Of a stretch of DNA of 64,000 bases, positions 62,052-64,000 are shown one piece after another. The DNA comes from Tubiluchus corallicola. Taxonomy: Eukaryota > Animalia > Priapulida. Position 1 is the first letter of the stretch. Each line of letters opens with the position of its first letter. The notes under the pieces are model-generated. The model did not search any database. It was not told where the DNA came from and was given only the letters and a program-made list of their open reading frames with translations. Made by a program: the position numbers and the translations under genes. The stretch covers positions 1-64,000 of the forward strand of contig JAQGDQ010000676.1 in assembly GCA_030141605.1 (NCBI GenBank), written 5' to 3'.

Positions 62052-63930
62052 TGTGTCTGATTGTTTTGAGTTGTTTTAATTGTTATGTGTGTAAAATGGT
62101 TTCAAGTTGTTTTAATTGTTATGTGTGTCTATTTGTTTATTTCGATTCAGATATGATGGAGACATTTTTGACCTACGTCGACTCAAAGCAAGGACGAAGA
62201 CACGAATGATGTTCCTGCGTGAAGCGCAATATGCCGATGACATAGCTATCTTCTCTGACAACCCGGAAGACCTTCAGGATCTCATCGACATTTACAATGA
62301 AACTGCAAAGAGAATGGGACTGCGCATTAACAAAAGGAAGACTGAGACAATGAGTGTCGGCTCTAGCGACAGTGTCAATTTTACCATTGACGGAGAACAG
62401 CTTGGAAGTGTGCAACGGTTCAAATATCTCGGAAGTTACATCTGCTCAGATACTCGATTGGATACTGAAATTCATGCAAGAATTAATGCTGCAGCCAGCT
62501 CTTTCGGCCGTATGAGGAAACGTGTCTTCGATAACCATGACCTTACCATCGCCACTAAACTGCAGGTGTACAAGCAATGCATCATTCCGCAGCTTACCTA
62601 TGGTCAGGAAACGTGGACGCTCTATCAAGATCAGGTCAGGTCTCTTCGTGCGGTTCAGCAGAGACATCTGCGTCACATCCTTCGTATTCGCTGGGACGAC
62701 TATGTGCCAAACGAAGACGTGCTGGCTCGTGCCAAGATGGAAGATATCGAGGTTACGCTTACTAAGGCTCAACTTCGGTGGTTTGGGCATGTGGTCAGAA
62801 TGAACGATATGAGACCGACAAAGGCTCTTCTTCATGGAGAACTAACCAGTGGCTCTCGCAGTGTTGGTCGTCCTCTCCTTCGCTTCAAGAATAAGGTGAA
62901 GTTCTCTCTGAGGAAAGGTGGAATGTTGGACAAGCTGCCTTTCGCAGTTCACGACCGTCCTGCATGGAGATCCCTAGTCAACAACTGTGCCGAAAAACTC
63001 GATGAAGAAAGACGGATGCTTGGATACGCAAGAAGGCTCAAGTCGTGGATAAGAGATGGTTTCATGGACATCTGACTCGCACTGATTTAGCCGTATCGGC
63101 TTCGACGTTGTACTACTATTTGTTTAAAATTGTTTTAATTGTTATGTGTGTCTGATTGTTTCAAGTTGTTTTAATTGTAATGTGCGTCTGATTGTTTCAA
63201 GTTGTTTTAATTGTTATGTGTGTCTAATTGTTTCAAGTTGTTTTAATTGTTATGTGTGTCTGATTGTTTCGAGTTGTTTTAATTGTTGTGTGTCTGATTG
63301 TTTCGAGTTGTTTTAATTGTTGTGTCTGATTGTTTCAAGTTGTTTTAATTGTTATATGTGTCTGACTGTTTCAAGTTGTTTTAATTGTTATGTGTGTCTG
63401 GCTGTTTCAAGTTGTTTTAATTGTTGTGTGTGTCTGATTGTTTCAAGTTGTTTTAATTGTTATGTGTCTGATTGTTTCAAGTTGTTTTAATTGTTATGTG
63501 TGTCTGGCTGTTTCAAGTTGTTTTAATTGTTATGTGTGTCTGGCTGTTTCAAGTTGTTTTAATTGTTATGTGTGTCTGGCTGTTTCAAGTTGTTTTAATT
63601 GTTATGTGTGTCTGGCTGTTTCAAGTTGTTTTAATTGTTGTGTCTGATTGTTTCAAGTTGTTTTAATTGTTATGTGTGTCTGACTGTTTCAAGTTGTTTT
63701 AATTGTTGTGTGTGTCTGACTGTTTCAAGTTGTTTTAATTGTTGTGTGTGTCTGACTGTTTCAAGTTGTTTTAATTGTTGTGTGTGTCTGACTGTTTCAA
63801 GTTGTTTTAATTGTTATGTGTGTCTGATTGTTTCAAGTTGTTTTAATTGTTATGTGTGTCTGACTGTTTCAAGTTGTTTTAATTGTTATGTGTGTCTGAT
63901 TGTTTCAAGTTGTTTTAATTGTTATGTGAT
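62052..63930. repeat. ~36-bp minisatellite split by an RTE insertion
   Basis: Unit tgtgtgtctgattgtttcaagttgttttaattgtta at 62052-62139 and 63116-63930. Confidence 0.93.
62140..63115 (+). mobile_element. 5'-truncated RTE LINE with open 3' RT ORF
   Basis: FRYDGDIFDLRRLKA, QYADD, FKYLGS, TYGQETW, LRWFGHV. (TAC)n tail, TSD ctatttgttta at 62129-62139 and 63116-63126. Confidence 0.93.
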
Positions 63931-64000
63931 CAATTTTAGTATGATTCTTGTTTGGACTGATTTTCTCTTTGTTAAATTCTTACCCTGTGTATTTGAAATT

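Overview
AT-rich eukaryotic, most likely invertebrate animal, genomic DNA dominated by transposon debris and short-period tandem arrays. No prokaryotic features, rRNA, tRNA or CRISPR are evident. The only apparently intact gene is an intronless GT8 (GXYLT/xylosyltransferase-like) ORF at 11439-12593. Mobile elements include three RTE LINE remnants, two BEL/Pao LTR retrotransposon remnants, two near-identical young DD41D Tc1/mariner-superfamily copies, a Charlie/GTF2IRD2-type hAT, and many hAT and pogo/mariner MITEs with TIRs and TSDs. Four things stand out. (1) A broken class I viral fusion-protein gene with paramyxovirus-F-like architecture is joined directly to a BEL/Pao integrase fragment. 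(2) Orphan exons for Ig, C1q, C2H2 zinc-finger and Thr/Ser-rich domains are scattered through the window. (3) Several tandem arrays are amplifications of the exon 3' end plus its 5' splice site, with about 39 and 9 donor copies, plus tandem C1q exons. (4) Local 33-125 bp tandem amplification affects exons, transposase and gag sequence alike. All family assignments come from motif recognition by eye; no database searches were run.
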